Assembly: GCA_003151625.1 (NCBI GenBank)
Contig: PLYC01000021.1
Span: 16,235-80,234, forward strand
Length of the DNA stretch: 64,000 nt
Source: Candidatus Doudnabacteria bacterium
Lineage (GTDB): Bacteria > Patescibacteriota > Doudnabacteria > UBA920
Direction of reading: 5' to 3'
Below the pieces are notes generated by a model that was not told the DNA's origin, made no database searches, and was given only the letters and a program-made list of their open reading frames with translations. The position numbers were made by a program, and so were the translations under genes. Below, piece after piece: positions 9,423-17,279 of the stretch (its first letter is position 1; every line of letters starts with the position of its first letter).

Positions 9423-9749
9423 TTAATTGGTTTTTGAATATAAATTAATTAATTCTGCAATGGCCTGCTTGCGCTTGCTGGTATTTTTGCTGTGCACCGC
9501 ATCCCAGGCGCAAATACCCAAATGGCCGCTTAAAATCATTTGGTTGATTTTTCGCAAAGCTTCGATGACCGCGTGATTTTGGTTAATAATATCCAAGCAA
9601 TAGGCTTCCGTTTCCACCATTTTACTGACCGCTTTTAAATGACCCTCCGCGTAATGCAGCCTGTTTAAAATATCTTTCCTATTTTTGTCGGATTTTTGCA
9701 CAGTTGGCATAATCTTATACTGATAGGACTTACGCGCTTGGTCAAGCAC
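9423..9749 (-). CDS. CsoR/RcnR/FrmR-family (DUF156) metal-sensing transcriptional repressor, CsoR-type x-C-H-C ligand pattern
   Basis: Family pattern 'LNRLHYAEGHLKAVSKMVETEAYCLDIINQ...ALRKINQMILSGHLGIC'. The Cys in helix 2 plus His-x3-Cys in helix 3 match the Cu-CsoR ligand set. Confidence 0.6.
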   Translation of the reverse strand: MLDQARKSYQYKIMPTVQKSDKNRKDILNRLHYAEGHLKAVSKMVETEAYCLDIINQNHAVIEALRKINQMILSGHLGICAWDAVHSKNTSKRKQAIAELINLYSKTN

Positions 9750-9906
9750 AAGGCATTTTCCGAGGATGTTTGGAGACGTAGTTAATCTACGACGACAAAC
9801 ACCGCAGGAAAATAACGAAGTGATTGACCAAGCCCCTGTGGTTGAGGCAACAATAAATAGATTTTTATCTTTTTTGCCTCAAACGCGTAAGTCCTAACTT
9901 ATTAAA

Positions 9907-9921
9907 CCCCCCTGTGGGGGG
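9907..9921. promoter_or_regulatory. C6-TGT-G6 palindrome; candidate CsoR/RcnR-family operator
   Basis: ccccccTGTgggggg lies about 160 bp upstream of the CsoR-like start. Operators of this family are known to be G/C-tract palindromes, for example the RcnR TACT-G6-N-AGTA site. Confidence 0.35.
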
Positions 9922-10115
9922 TAACAAATTAAGTATAGGCCGGGACTTGACAACTGTCAAATAAAAGTTTATACTTGTCGGTCACCCGGCAGGGCATGCC
10001 CGCCTTGGCTAGACGCCAAGTCGAGACAGGTCGATAGCCACTCTGGGTGGTGGAAAAGTTCTTTAACATCGGAACCCAAAAGGTTCCAAAGAAAACGGAG
10101 GGGAAAGGAACTCCC

Positions 10116-10379
10116 ATGTTAACGTTCCTGATTGTAGTAGCGGGATTACTGGTGGTGCTGGCCGCGCGCGAAAGCAAAAAATTGCGCAAAGCGCTGTCCA
10201 AGCATAAAACCAAAACCCGTCTACTGCCGCAAACCGTTAGTTTGCTGGTCATTTGTGCCCAGGTATCTGAACTGCTCAAGGTACTTGACCACGTGACCCT
10301 GACTAACGTCGCCACAACATTGTTTCTGTTGGCGATATTGGCGGCCGGCAAATCAGGAACAGAAAGCGAGCTGTATTAA
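10116..10379 (+). CDS. Small hypothetical membrane protein (about 88 aa)
   Basis: A GGAGG RBS, 'ggaggggaaaggaactcccATG'. Two hydrophobic helices. A hairpin terminator follows at 10448-10482. Confidence 0.3.
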   Translation: MLTFLIVVAGLLVVLAARESKKLRKALSKHKTKTRLLPQTVSLLVICAQVSELLKVLDHVTLTNVATTLFLLAILAAGKSGTESELY

Positions 10380-10447
10380 TTTCCCGAGTGAATTTAGCCT
10401 CGGACGTTTATTCGGCTGGAAAAGAGTTCCTGATAAAGGATAAGCAA

Positions 10448-10482
10448 GGACCCGGTTGTATAACAACAACCGGGTCTTTCTA
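10448..10482 (+). terminator. Hairpin terminator
   Basis: acccggttg-tataacaa-caaccgggt followed by ctttct. Confidence 0.5.
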
Positions 10483-10517
10483 ATTTAGGACGCGTAAGTC
10501 CTATTATTATCTATAAT

Positions 10518-11603
10518 TTATTGCAGTTGCCCCAAAACCACAGGGATATCTATATTAGAGCCGTTGCGCAGAACTTTTAAAGTCACCTGACTGCCGGCCT
10601 TGAATTTGCCGACAACATCATCTAAAGATTCATTCTGGTTTAAAGTAGTAGTGTTAACCCCGGTAATTATGTCCCCTGCTAAAATTCCCGCGACATCTGC
10701 CGGAGAGCCCTGCTTGATATCGGTAATAAGAGCGCCGTTTTGTACTGTCAAATTCTTGATAATTTGCACGGCGGGGCTAATGCTCACAAACATGACGCCC
10801 AAAAACGGACGGGAAACTTTACCAAAAGTTTTTAACTGCAAAACCGCATCCTTAATGGTATTTATTGATATGGCAAACCCCAAACCCGAGCCTTCGGTAT
10901 CTATGAGCGTGTTCATACCCACAACCTGGCCAGCCAAATTAATTAGCGGGCCTCCGGAATTGCCCGGATTAATAGCCGCGTCGGTCTGAATTAAATTGTG
11001 AAGCCTGGAAGAATCGTCGCTTACATCAACCGCCCGTCCCAAACCCGAAATTACTCCGCGGGTCACTGTATATTCATACTTGCCCAAAGAATTGCCAATG
11101 GCAAACACGCTTTGCCCGGTTTCCAAGCTGTCGGAATCCCCTAAAACGGCCGGGATCAAATTGTTAGCGCTAATTTGAAGTAACGCAATATCATCAAATT
11201 TATCCAAATCCAAAATTTTGGCCGAATATTCACTGCCATCGCTAAGCACTACCGTGTAACTCATATTTGGATCTTCTACTACGTGGTTGTTGCTTACAAT
11301 AAGCCCGTCTTTTTCCAACACAAAACCCGTTCCCAAAACTTCATTCGGCGTGGCGCTGATGCTCGGTGTGGAACTTGAATCCGGAGTGCTGGTGGCCTGA
11401 TTTTCAATGCCAATAATATTCACAACGGAGGCCTTGGCGGTGCGCACTGCTAAAATTCCCTGTTGTTCATCGGTTAAAGCCACCCCCGAGGAGTTAGGTT
11501 TAATCGGATTAAAGTTAATTGTCTGGCTTAATGCACCCGCTGCCGACATCACGGCCGCCGTAATAATTATTGTAATAATATATGATTGATATTTTTTGGG
11601 CAT
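10518..11603 (-). CDS. htrA: HtrA/DegP-family periplasmic serine protease with a C-terminal PDZ domain
   Basis: Catalytic triad context: 'NNHVV' (His), 'DIALL' (Asp) and 'GNSGGPLINLAGQVVGMNT' (Ser). An N-terminal TM anchor and a PDZ-like tail. Confidence 0.85.
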   Translation of the reverse strand: MPKKYQSYIITIIITAAVMSAAGALSQTINFNPIKPNSSGVALTDEQQGILAVRTAKASVVNIIGIENQATSTPDSSSTPSISATPNEVLGTGFVLEKDGLIVSNNHVVEDPNMSYTVVLSDGSEYSAKILDLDKFDDIALLQISANNLIPAVLGDSDSLETGQSVFAIGNSLGKYEYTVTRGVISGLGRAVDVSDDSSRLHNLIQTDAAINPGNSGGPLINLAGQVVGMNTLIDTEGSGLGFAISINTIKDAVLQLKTFGKVSRPFLGVMFVSISPAVQIIKNLTVQNGALITDIKQGSPADVAGILAGDIITGVNTTTLNQNESLDDVVGKFKAGSQVTLKVLRNGSNIDIPVVLGQLQ

Positions 11604-11661
11604 GAAATTTTTGAATAAAATTTAAAAAATTATAAATACTTACAGATGTGGCTCAATGCAT

Positions 11662-11697
11662 GTCAATCTTGTCAATCTTGTCAATCTTGTCAATTTT
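11662..11697 (-). promoter_or_regulatory. Four tandem 9-bp repeats (GTCAATCTT x3 plus GTCAATTTT) in the htrA upstream region. On the htrA strand they read as four reiterated TTGACA boxes.
   Basis: Direct read of the sequence. On the minus strand: TTGACAAGA TTGACAAGA TTGACAAGA TTGACA-n18-TAAGTAT. Confidence 0.45.
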
Positions 11698-11699
11698 AT

Positions 11700-12575
11700 T
11701 TACTCTATTCCCTGTTCTTTTAAGTCATCCAAAATTTGCTGAGTGGCGGTAAGCCAATTGGGATTGCAGGGCTGGACATAAACTCCGCACATTTGTTCCA
11801 GCGTCCAGTCGCTGTATTTTTTATCCAGCAGGCGGTTAAAATCCACCACCCAGGCGCTGTAACTGGCATATTGCCGCCAGGAAGGCGCGCCGGGTTTTAC
11901 CCCAATATTGCTGCAGTTATTGTCCGCGCAATTTTTCCCCAGCGTGCTTTCGGCAAAAGCGATGGCCAAAATTAGTTTCCAGTGTGCCTGTTCGGCAATT
12001 GTCTCGGACGCCGGAGCCAAGGGCGAATGCATGTCCGTTAAATATTTCTGCAGCTGATTTTTGCGCCGGTTAATAATGTCCGGTTCTTGGGTGCTCTGAA
12101 AATAACTTTGTAAATATTCTATCGGCGTATTAAATAAAACATCGTTGCCAACAGTTCCGCTGTTCTGGCTTTGCAGTTGTCCCCCAGCTAAGGGTGAGCC
12201 GGCGGGATTGGACATGTCTACGCTGGGACTATTTGTAAACGCGCCCAAAACCTGGGGCTGGGTGTCGGCAATAATGCTCTTGGTGTCCAGAACCGACCAC
12301 ATCCCGGCCACAAAAGCCAGAATTAAAGCCAGCACCGCGGCCGCAATGGGAACTTTTTTCTGGCTGTAAATTTTTCTGATGAATAGCCCCGGCGACGACT
12401 TTTTAACGGCTGATTTTCCATAAACTGACTTTGGTAATTTAACGTCGGCTCTTTTAACTGATCGCTTAACTATGCTATCAATTTTTAAAACCCTCGACTC
12501 TCCGAGCCTGGGCTGTTTTTTTAAATCAACAGTTTTTAGTTTTTTTATCCCGTCAATATTTTTGATATTTTTCAC
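11700..12575 (-). CDS. Hypothetical membrane-anchored protein with an N-terminal TM and a Cys-containing extracytoplasmic domain
   Basis: 291 aa with a TM segment 'IAAAVLALILAFVAGMW'. No recognisable catalytic motif. Confidence 0.4.
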   Translation of the reverse strand: MKNIKNIDGIKKLKTVDLKKQPRLGESRVLKIDSIVKRSVKRADVKLPKSVYGKSAVKKSSPGLFIRKIYSQKKVPIAAAVLALILAFVAGMWSVLDTKSIIADTQPQVLGAFTNSPSVDMSNPAGSPLAGGQLQSQNSGTVGNDVLFNTPIEYLQSYFQSTQEPDIINRRKNQLQKYLTDMHSPLAPASETIAEQAHWKLILAIAFAESTLGKNCADNNCSNIGVKPGAPSWRQYASYSAWVVDFNRLLDKKYSDWTLEQMCGVYVQPCNPNWLTATQQILDDLKEQGIE

Positions 12576-12706
12576 CTAACCATTATAACACTTCCCGGGC
12601 ATAAAAAAAACTTTTTTGAATTTAAAAGCTTTCCCCCCAATTTAGACTGTTGACAATATAATATAATTGATATATACTTTACATATCAATTATTAATCAA
12701 CAAATT

Positions 12707-13117
12707 ATGAAAATCAGCAATAGGCTTAAGTTCCTTATGCAGTTATCCAAAACCCAAAGCACGGTTTCCCGAAAATTAAGCGGGCAGGGTTTGAGTTTTG
12801 GAGATTTAGCGGTGCTCTACGCCATTAGCCAAGCTCAGGAAGGAAAAATCCGCAGAATAGATTTAGCCGAGCAGGTTGGCTTAACCGCTTCCGGTGTGAC
12901 CAGGTTGCTTATCCCCCTGGAAAAAATCGGCATTATTAAAAGACAAGCGCACGAGCGCGACGCTCGGGTTAGTTTTACTTTACTGACCCATGCCGGCAAG
13001 GAACTCCTGGAAGATTCCCTAAAGTGGGCGGAAATGAAATGCGAAGACCTTATTCCGGAAGACCAGGCAAAAAAAATCGACCAGGCTTCATTGTTACTTG
13101 AATCTATGTCCAAATAA
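12707..13117 (+). CDS. MarR-family winged-helix transcriptional regulator
   Basis: wHTH pattern 'LSFGDLAVLYAISQAQEGKIRRIDLAEQVGLTASGVTRLLIPLEKIGIIKRQAHERDARV'. Confidence 0.72.
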   Translation: MKISNRLKFLMQLSKTQSTVSRKLSGQGLSFGDLAVLYAISQAQEGKIRRIDLAEQVGLTASGVTRLLIPLEKIGIIKRQAHERDARVSFTLLTHAGKELLEDSLKWAEMKCEDLIPEDQAKKIDQASLLLESMSK

Positions 13118-13127
13118 GGATCAAATT

Positions 13128-13152
13128 AGGACTTACGCAGTGCGTAAGTCCT
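13128..13152. repeat. Perfect 11-bp inverted repeat with a 1-bp spacer, GGACTTACGCA-g-TGCGTAAGTCC. It belongs to a recurrent TAGGACTTACGC 12-mer family.
   Basis: Direct read. The same 12-mer occurs at about 9724, 9886 (reverse orientation) and 10489 (reverse orientation). Confidence 0.6.
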
Positions 13153-13162
13153 ACAAATTTTA

Positions 13163-13193
13163 AAAGCGCGGCTTCATAGGCCGCGCTTTTAAA
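13163..13193 (+). terminator. Rho-independent terminator after marR
   Basis: aaaagcgcggc-ttcatag-gccgcgctttt. Confidence 0.7.
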
Positions 13194-13264
13194 ATTACCT
13201 AAAACATTTTTTCATCGGCGCTCGGGCTGTAAATTTGCGGAACCGGTATGTTGTTCAGACGCAT

Positions 13265-13465
13265 ATAAAGGTTCCTCGGAGCTTAAGCTCTCGAGGTATT
13301 AGTGCAATGAGCTGCCTGCATTTCGCAGTCCGCCCGCCTAAGGCGGGCGGACGAAGTATTGAACCTGTATTAGCTCCTCGCCCATTCGACAGCGCTCAGG
13401 GCGACCCTGAGTTATACCGAACGGATCGGCTCGCCCCGCCAGGGCGGGATCTCACTCTACGTCGC
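13265..13465 (+). repeat. MITE-like interspersed repeat, copy 1 (about 200 bp)
   Basis: Shares the blocks 'ataaaggttcctcggag', 'ctgcatttcgcagtccgcc', 'taaggcgg', 'acgaagtattgaacctgtatta' and 'ccccgccagggcggg...ctctacgtcgc' with the reverse complements of 14932-15024 and 20181-20343. Confidence 0.65.
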
Positions 13466-13767
13466 AAATAAAAAAAATAATTCGACAATCGAGAACGACC
13501 GCCCCAACGATTAACCAAGCCTCCGACAAAATTAACGGAATTAAAAGATAAAATCGAATATAGCCATAAATTGGAATCAATTTTTACTAATGGCGGCACT
13601 GGACGAAAATATACGGGAAGTATGACAACTTTTTTATTTTCTTTCTTAAACCACAATTTTATAACCGATTCTGAAACTATTCCTATCTAATAAGCGTAAC
13701 ATTAGCACCTAGGACAATTAAGCGAACTATATTATTTACTATCATTATATTGAAAGGGAAAACAAGA

Positions 13768-14424
13768 ATGAACAACCTGAAAAAATATGCAGCGCCATTG
13801 GGCGTATTTGCCCTCCTTGCAACGGGAGCAGCCGCACTGACTTTTGCCCAACCAACGCAGGCGCTAGGCATAAGTAAGACCGTAAAAACACACGTAATAG
13901 CTCCAGGCATCAGCGGCACAGTTGCTTCAGTTAGCGGCAACAACATTATCTTAACCGGCAAAAACAAGACGACCTATACGGTTGATGCCACAAACGCCGC
14001 AATAACTAAAATTGTTAACGGAACTAAGGCCACTCTTACGGTTTCACAAATTGTTACGGGTGATAATTTAAAAGTTTCTGGTACTGTTTCCGGAACAAGT
14101 GTCACAGCCAAGACTATTGTTGATGGCGTACTTTCTATCCTTACCGCCAAACAATCCCCTACCGCGACTGGCACGATTTCGGGAATTTCCGGCAATATTA
14201 TAACATTAACCAAGGGTACCACAACATATACGGTTGATGCCACAAACGCCGCAATAATGATTACAAAGCCGGCCGGCACTTCTTTGGCCAATTCAGGAAT
14301 TATAGTCGGCGACAGCATAACAGTGTCTGGAACAACAACCGGTACCAACATTGTCGCCACTAAAATTACGGACGGCAAACTCGGCTTAGGCAAAGGGACT
14401 GGATTAAAGCCATTGAGCAAATAA
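13768..14424 (+). CDS. Secreted Thr/Gly-rich protein with two ~90-aa internal repeats (the ORF opens at 13750; the likely start is 13768)
   Basis: Signal peptide 'MNNLKKYAAPLGVFALLATGAAALTFAQ'. Repeats 'GNNIILTGKNKTTYTVDATNAAI...' and 'GNIITLTKGTTTYTVDATNAAI...'. An RBS 'aaaggga' lies upstream. Confidence 0.55.
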   Translation: MNNLKKYAAPLGVFALLATGAAALTFAQPTQALGISKTVKTHVIAPGISGTVASVSGNNIILTGKNKTTYTVDATNAAITKIVNGTKATLTVSQIVTGDNLKVSGTVSGTSVTAKTIVDGVLSILTAKQSPTATGTISGISGNIITLTKGTTTYTVDATNAAIMITKPAGTSLANSGIIVGDSITVSGTTTGTNIVATKITDGKLGLGKGTGLKPLSK

Positions 14425-14567
14425 TAGGTATTAAAATTAAAAAGATTACGTTTTCCTAATGGAAGCGTAATCTTTTTTTGTGAATAAAACTAATTTGGAT
14501 GGTTCAAAAATGCTAAATTGGCAGGATTAAAATTAAAGAGTACTGAAAAGTAAAACTAATAGCTATA

Positions 14568-14882
14568 CTACTTTAGCGCAATTATTTCTCGGATGATAGC
14601 GTGGACTATCCGGTTGTCGCCTTTAAGTTTATAGTAAACTTTTTGCCCCTTTCTCTCTTTTTGCAGCATATTACCCTGCTCCAAAATTTTAAGATGCTGG
14701 GAGGTCAAAGGTATGGATATTTTTAAAATTTTCGCAATGTTGCCGACTCTTAGCTCGGGGTACTGGTCTAATATTTGAAAAATTCTGTAACGGTTAGTGT
14801 CGGCCAGAATTTTAAAGACCTCTCTTTGGGAAGCACCATTTAAGCTTTTGCGGATTTTTGTGATTTGCTTGTTGGTCAACAT
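14568..14882 (-). CDS. ArsR/SmtB-family HTH transcriptional regulator
   Basis: 'FKILADTNRYRIFQILDQYPELRVGNIAKILKISIPLTSQHLKILEQGNML' is a typical ArsR wHTH. Confidence 0.72.
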   Translation of the reverse strand: MLTNKQITKIRKSLNGASQREVFKILADTNRYRIFQILDQYPELRVGNIAKILKISIPLTSQHLKILEQGNMLQKERKGQKVYYKLKGDNRIVHAIIREIIALK

Positions 14883-14931
14883 ATTTTTCCTTACCGCTTA
14901 ACAACATAATAATTAAGCTTTTAATTTATTC

Positions 14932-15024
14932 GCGACGTAGAGGGAGGCCCCGCCCTGGCGGGACGCCCAAGGAGTCTAAATACAGGTTCAATACCTCGGG
15001 ACTTGCGGAGAGTGAACCTTTATT
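14932..15024 (-). repeat. MITE-like repeat, copy 2 (truncated, about 93 bp)
   Basis: 'gcgacgtagag...ccccgccctggcggg...aatacaggttcaatacctcg...gaacctttatt' is the reverse complement of the copy-1 ends. Confidence 0.55.
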
Positions 15025-15107
15025 AAACCCAAATTAAAACCCGCAGAGGCTTCATACCCAAGCGGGCATACAAACTATATTTTATGATTTACTTATATAT
15101 GTCGGTT

Positions 15108-16007
15108 TCAATTATAGCTTCTTTTGGGTTTCTGCGCAAAGTTTTTAGACTTTTTCTTTGGCAGGAAATTTTGTTTGGATATTACGGGACGACGGAGCTC
15201 TTTTTCCAGTTCTTTTCTGGCGTTGCCGGCTACCCTGCCGCCGCGGCCAGCGTCTATTTTTAGCTTTGGCACGCCCTGGGATTCCTCATTTTTATGGATT
15301 TCCGTGGTGGAAGCTTCGCCGAGCATATTAAAAATAAGTTCCAAATTACCCATATGATCGCGCAGGTTTTCTCTTTTTAAACCTTTAATTTTTTTATGCT
15401 GGCTTGGAGTTAAATCAAAAGTGGCCTTGGCAATTTCCGCTGTTAAAATTTCGTAATCTTTTTTCTCTTTTGCCCCACGTTTTTGCCATTCGCCAGTTAG
15501 GTCTTCGCGCACTTCAATGCCGCGCATTCGCAACTCTATCCAAGAATCCGGGTAGCCTTTTAATTTATAAAGCATCCTTGTGCGTCGCGCGCCTAGCTCC
15601 GGATCCTCAATTTCCTGTACCCTTTCATACCCAACCTTTGCCAGCCAACGCTTAAAAGGTTCGGCTTTGGGAGATGGAATTGATTGGATAATACGAAAAA
15701 TTCCTTCTGTATTTGCGCAGTCGGTCTCATACATTTTACCGTCGGAAGATTTCAACTTCAGTTGTCTACAAATTGTAGACAACTCAAATCCATCTGCGCT
15801 TTTTACCCGAGACTTCATTGCAAACCAATAAACTCTTGGTTTATTACTGTCCGCTAGTGCCCCCACTACGTCAATAACTGAAAACCACCATTCGTTATTA
15901 AAAATTGTCCTTCTTATTTTGTTACCTTTAAACAAAGCTATACTATTAGTTTCCGTAAATTTACCCCTAATTATATTATACCTATATAGTATACTATCGT
16001 TCACCAT
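15108..16007 (-). CDS. DinD / Bro-N-like (DNA-damage-inducible protein D family) protein
   Basis: Bro-N/DinD core 'NEWWFSVIDVVGAL' and 'PKAEPFKRWLAKVGYERVQEIEDPELG'. A basic C-terminal tail. Confidence 0.55.
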   Translation of the reverse strand: MVNDSILYRYNIIRGKFTETNSIALFKGNKIRRTIFNNEWWFSVIDVVGALADSNKPRVYWFAMKSRVKSADGFELSTICRQLKLKSSDGKMYETDCANTEGIFRIIQSIPSPKAEPFKRWLAKVGYERVQEIEDPELGARRTRMLYKLKGYPDSWIELRMRGIEVREDLTGEWQKRGAKEKKDYEILTAEIAKATFDLTPSQHKKIKGLKRENLRDHMGNLELIFNMLGEASTTEIHKNEESQGVPKLKIDAGRGGRVAGNARKELEKELRRPVISKQNFLPKKKSKNFAQKPKRSYN

Positions 16008-16065
16008 AAATCAAGTCTGGTCTGTGGATAAATCCGGGCGTCTTTTTCCAAGTGTATTTTTGACT

Positions 16066-16422
16066 TTAGTTTGTTTTGTCTTTGTCCGTTTGCAAATGGA
16101 ACTGGTGCAGGAGGCGATGTATTATGGGGGCAAGGAGCACGCCTACGGAGACCAGGAAAATTATGCCGGAGAACAGCGCATAAAAGGAAGCAAAAATCTT
16201 GCCTGCATTGGTATGAAGCTGATCAACCGGCCCCATACCGCCAAGTATCATTGCCGCGTTTAAAGTGGAATCTATCCACGGCAGGCCTTCCAACAAGCGA
16301 TAGCCTAAAATCCCAATCATCCATGAAACCGCCACCAGCAATAAAGCCCACCCCGCAAACCTCCCCATCCTCTTCACAAATTCCCGCCTTGATATTAAAG
16401 GTTGTTTATGATGTTCAAACAT
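16066..16422 (-). CDS. Hypothetical 2-TM membrane protein
   Basis: TM helices 'FAGWALLLVAVSWMIGILGY' and 'IFASFYALFSGIIFLVSVGVLLAPII'. Preferred over the overlapping low-complexity plus-strand ORF. Confidence 0.4.
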   Translation of the reverse strand: MFEHHKQPLISRREFVKRMGRFAGWALLLVAVSWMIGILGYRLLEGLPWIDSTLNAAMILGGMGPVDQLHTNAGKIFASFYALFSGIIFLVSVGVLLAPIIHRLLHQFHLQTDKDKTN

Positions 16423-16585
16423 AGAAGAGTTTATTTATTAATAGCTACTTTAATTATACACCTTTTGCCGTTGTCTTAAACTAAACCATAACCGCCTTTA
16501 TAGAGTTGGCCTCTTGAAAAATTTATGGCTTTATGATACAGTAGTTAGTCCCCCAAAGTTTACAGTCACAATCGAAGGAGAAACA

Positions 16586-17098
16586 ATGAAGCCAAACGCG
16601 GTCGCTTTTGTAAGCGACACCAACCCGGAAACGGTGCCCCTGGCTATGAAGGCATGTCTGAAAGCGGACGCGAAACGCCGCTCTTGGATATTGTCCGTCA
16701 ATACGCCTAACCTCTTTACGCTCATCCGGCAAAACCTCCTGCAGTACAAGCCGGAAGTTATTGCCATCGACGCCAATCTCAGGACGGGCGACCTAGCGCG
16801 ATTGGGCGAACTCGCCCAAATGACCCCGCCCGAACTCAACCGGCTGACGAGCGACCCTGAAGCTAATTTGCCCGCCAGCCTCCGGCTGCTGCGCTTCTTG
16901 GCCAGAGAGAAGTCGCCGACCACGCCGGTCTTCTATTTCACCGACGAGCTCCCCATCTATCTCAACCTAATAGTCTATAGTCTCGGAGCCACCTGGGTTT
17001 GGACCCCGAGAAGCAACGTCGACGGGAGCGAGGAAGATTTTACCTACTTCGCTGACACCCTCATCAGGGGACGGGGCGGCGCTGGAGAGTCAGTTTAA
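16586..17098 (+). CDS. Hypothetical protein (the ORF opens at 16514; the likely start is 16586 after the 'aaggag' RBS)
   Basis: High-GC coding region by eye, with a good RBS. No recognisable motif. Convergent with lctP. Confidence 0.4.
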   Translation: MKPNAVAFVSDTNPETVPLAMKACLKADAKRRSWILSVNTPNLFTLIRQNLLQYKPEVIAIDANLRTGDLARLGELAQMTPPELNRLTSDPEANLPASLRLLRFLAREKSPTTPVFYFTDELPIYLNLIVYSLGATWVWTPRSNVDGSEEDFTYFADTLIRGRGGAGESV

Positions 17099-17279
17099 AC
17101 TATCCCGCATTGGCAAACCGCAGCCCAAAAGGCGGCCCGCACGAAGTCCCGACTTCTGCCGGTCGCCTTGATTTATTTATTTAAACTTATAATTCAACAC
17201 TAAAAACCGCTGCCCTTAACCCAAACCTTGCTAAACTAAAAATTCCACGTGAGTGGATTTTTTAGTTTATAATATTTAT

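Noticed and set aside
9930-10060. RNase P RNA, SRP RNA or tmRNA in the structured GC-rich stretch
   Set aside because: I looked for the P4 'GGAAAGUCCGGGCUCC', the SRP 'GGAAGGAAGCAGCCAAGG' and the tmRNA tRNA-like end on both strands. I found only weak partial resemblance, for example 'agccaaggcggg'. It is kept only as an unassigned structured region.
11662-11697. CRISPR array
   Set aside because: The only short tandem repeats in the window are 9-bp units with no spacers. No cas genes or 25-40-bp repeat/spacer periodicity is seen anywhere.
13235-13656. ORF-track entries 13235-13471 (+) and 13396-13656 (-)
   Set aside because: They fall inside MITE-like repeat copy 1. The repeat is GC-rich and palindromic, and its other copies are not in frame, so these are not protein-coding.
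16071-16424. Plus-strand 117-aa ORF overlapping the minus-strand membrane-protein ORF
   Set aside because: A low-complexity Pro/Ser/Arg-rich translation with no RBS. The opposite-strand ORF encodes clean TM helices and is preferred.
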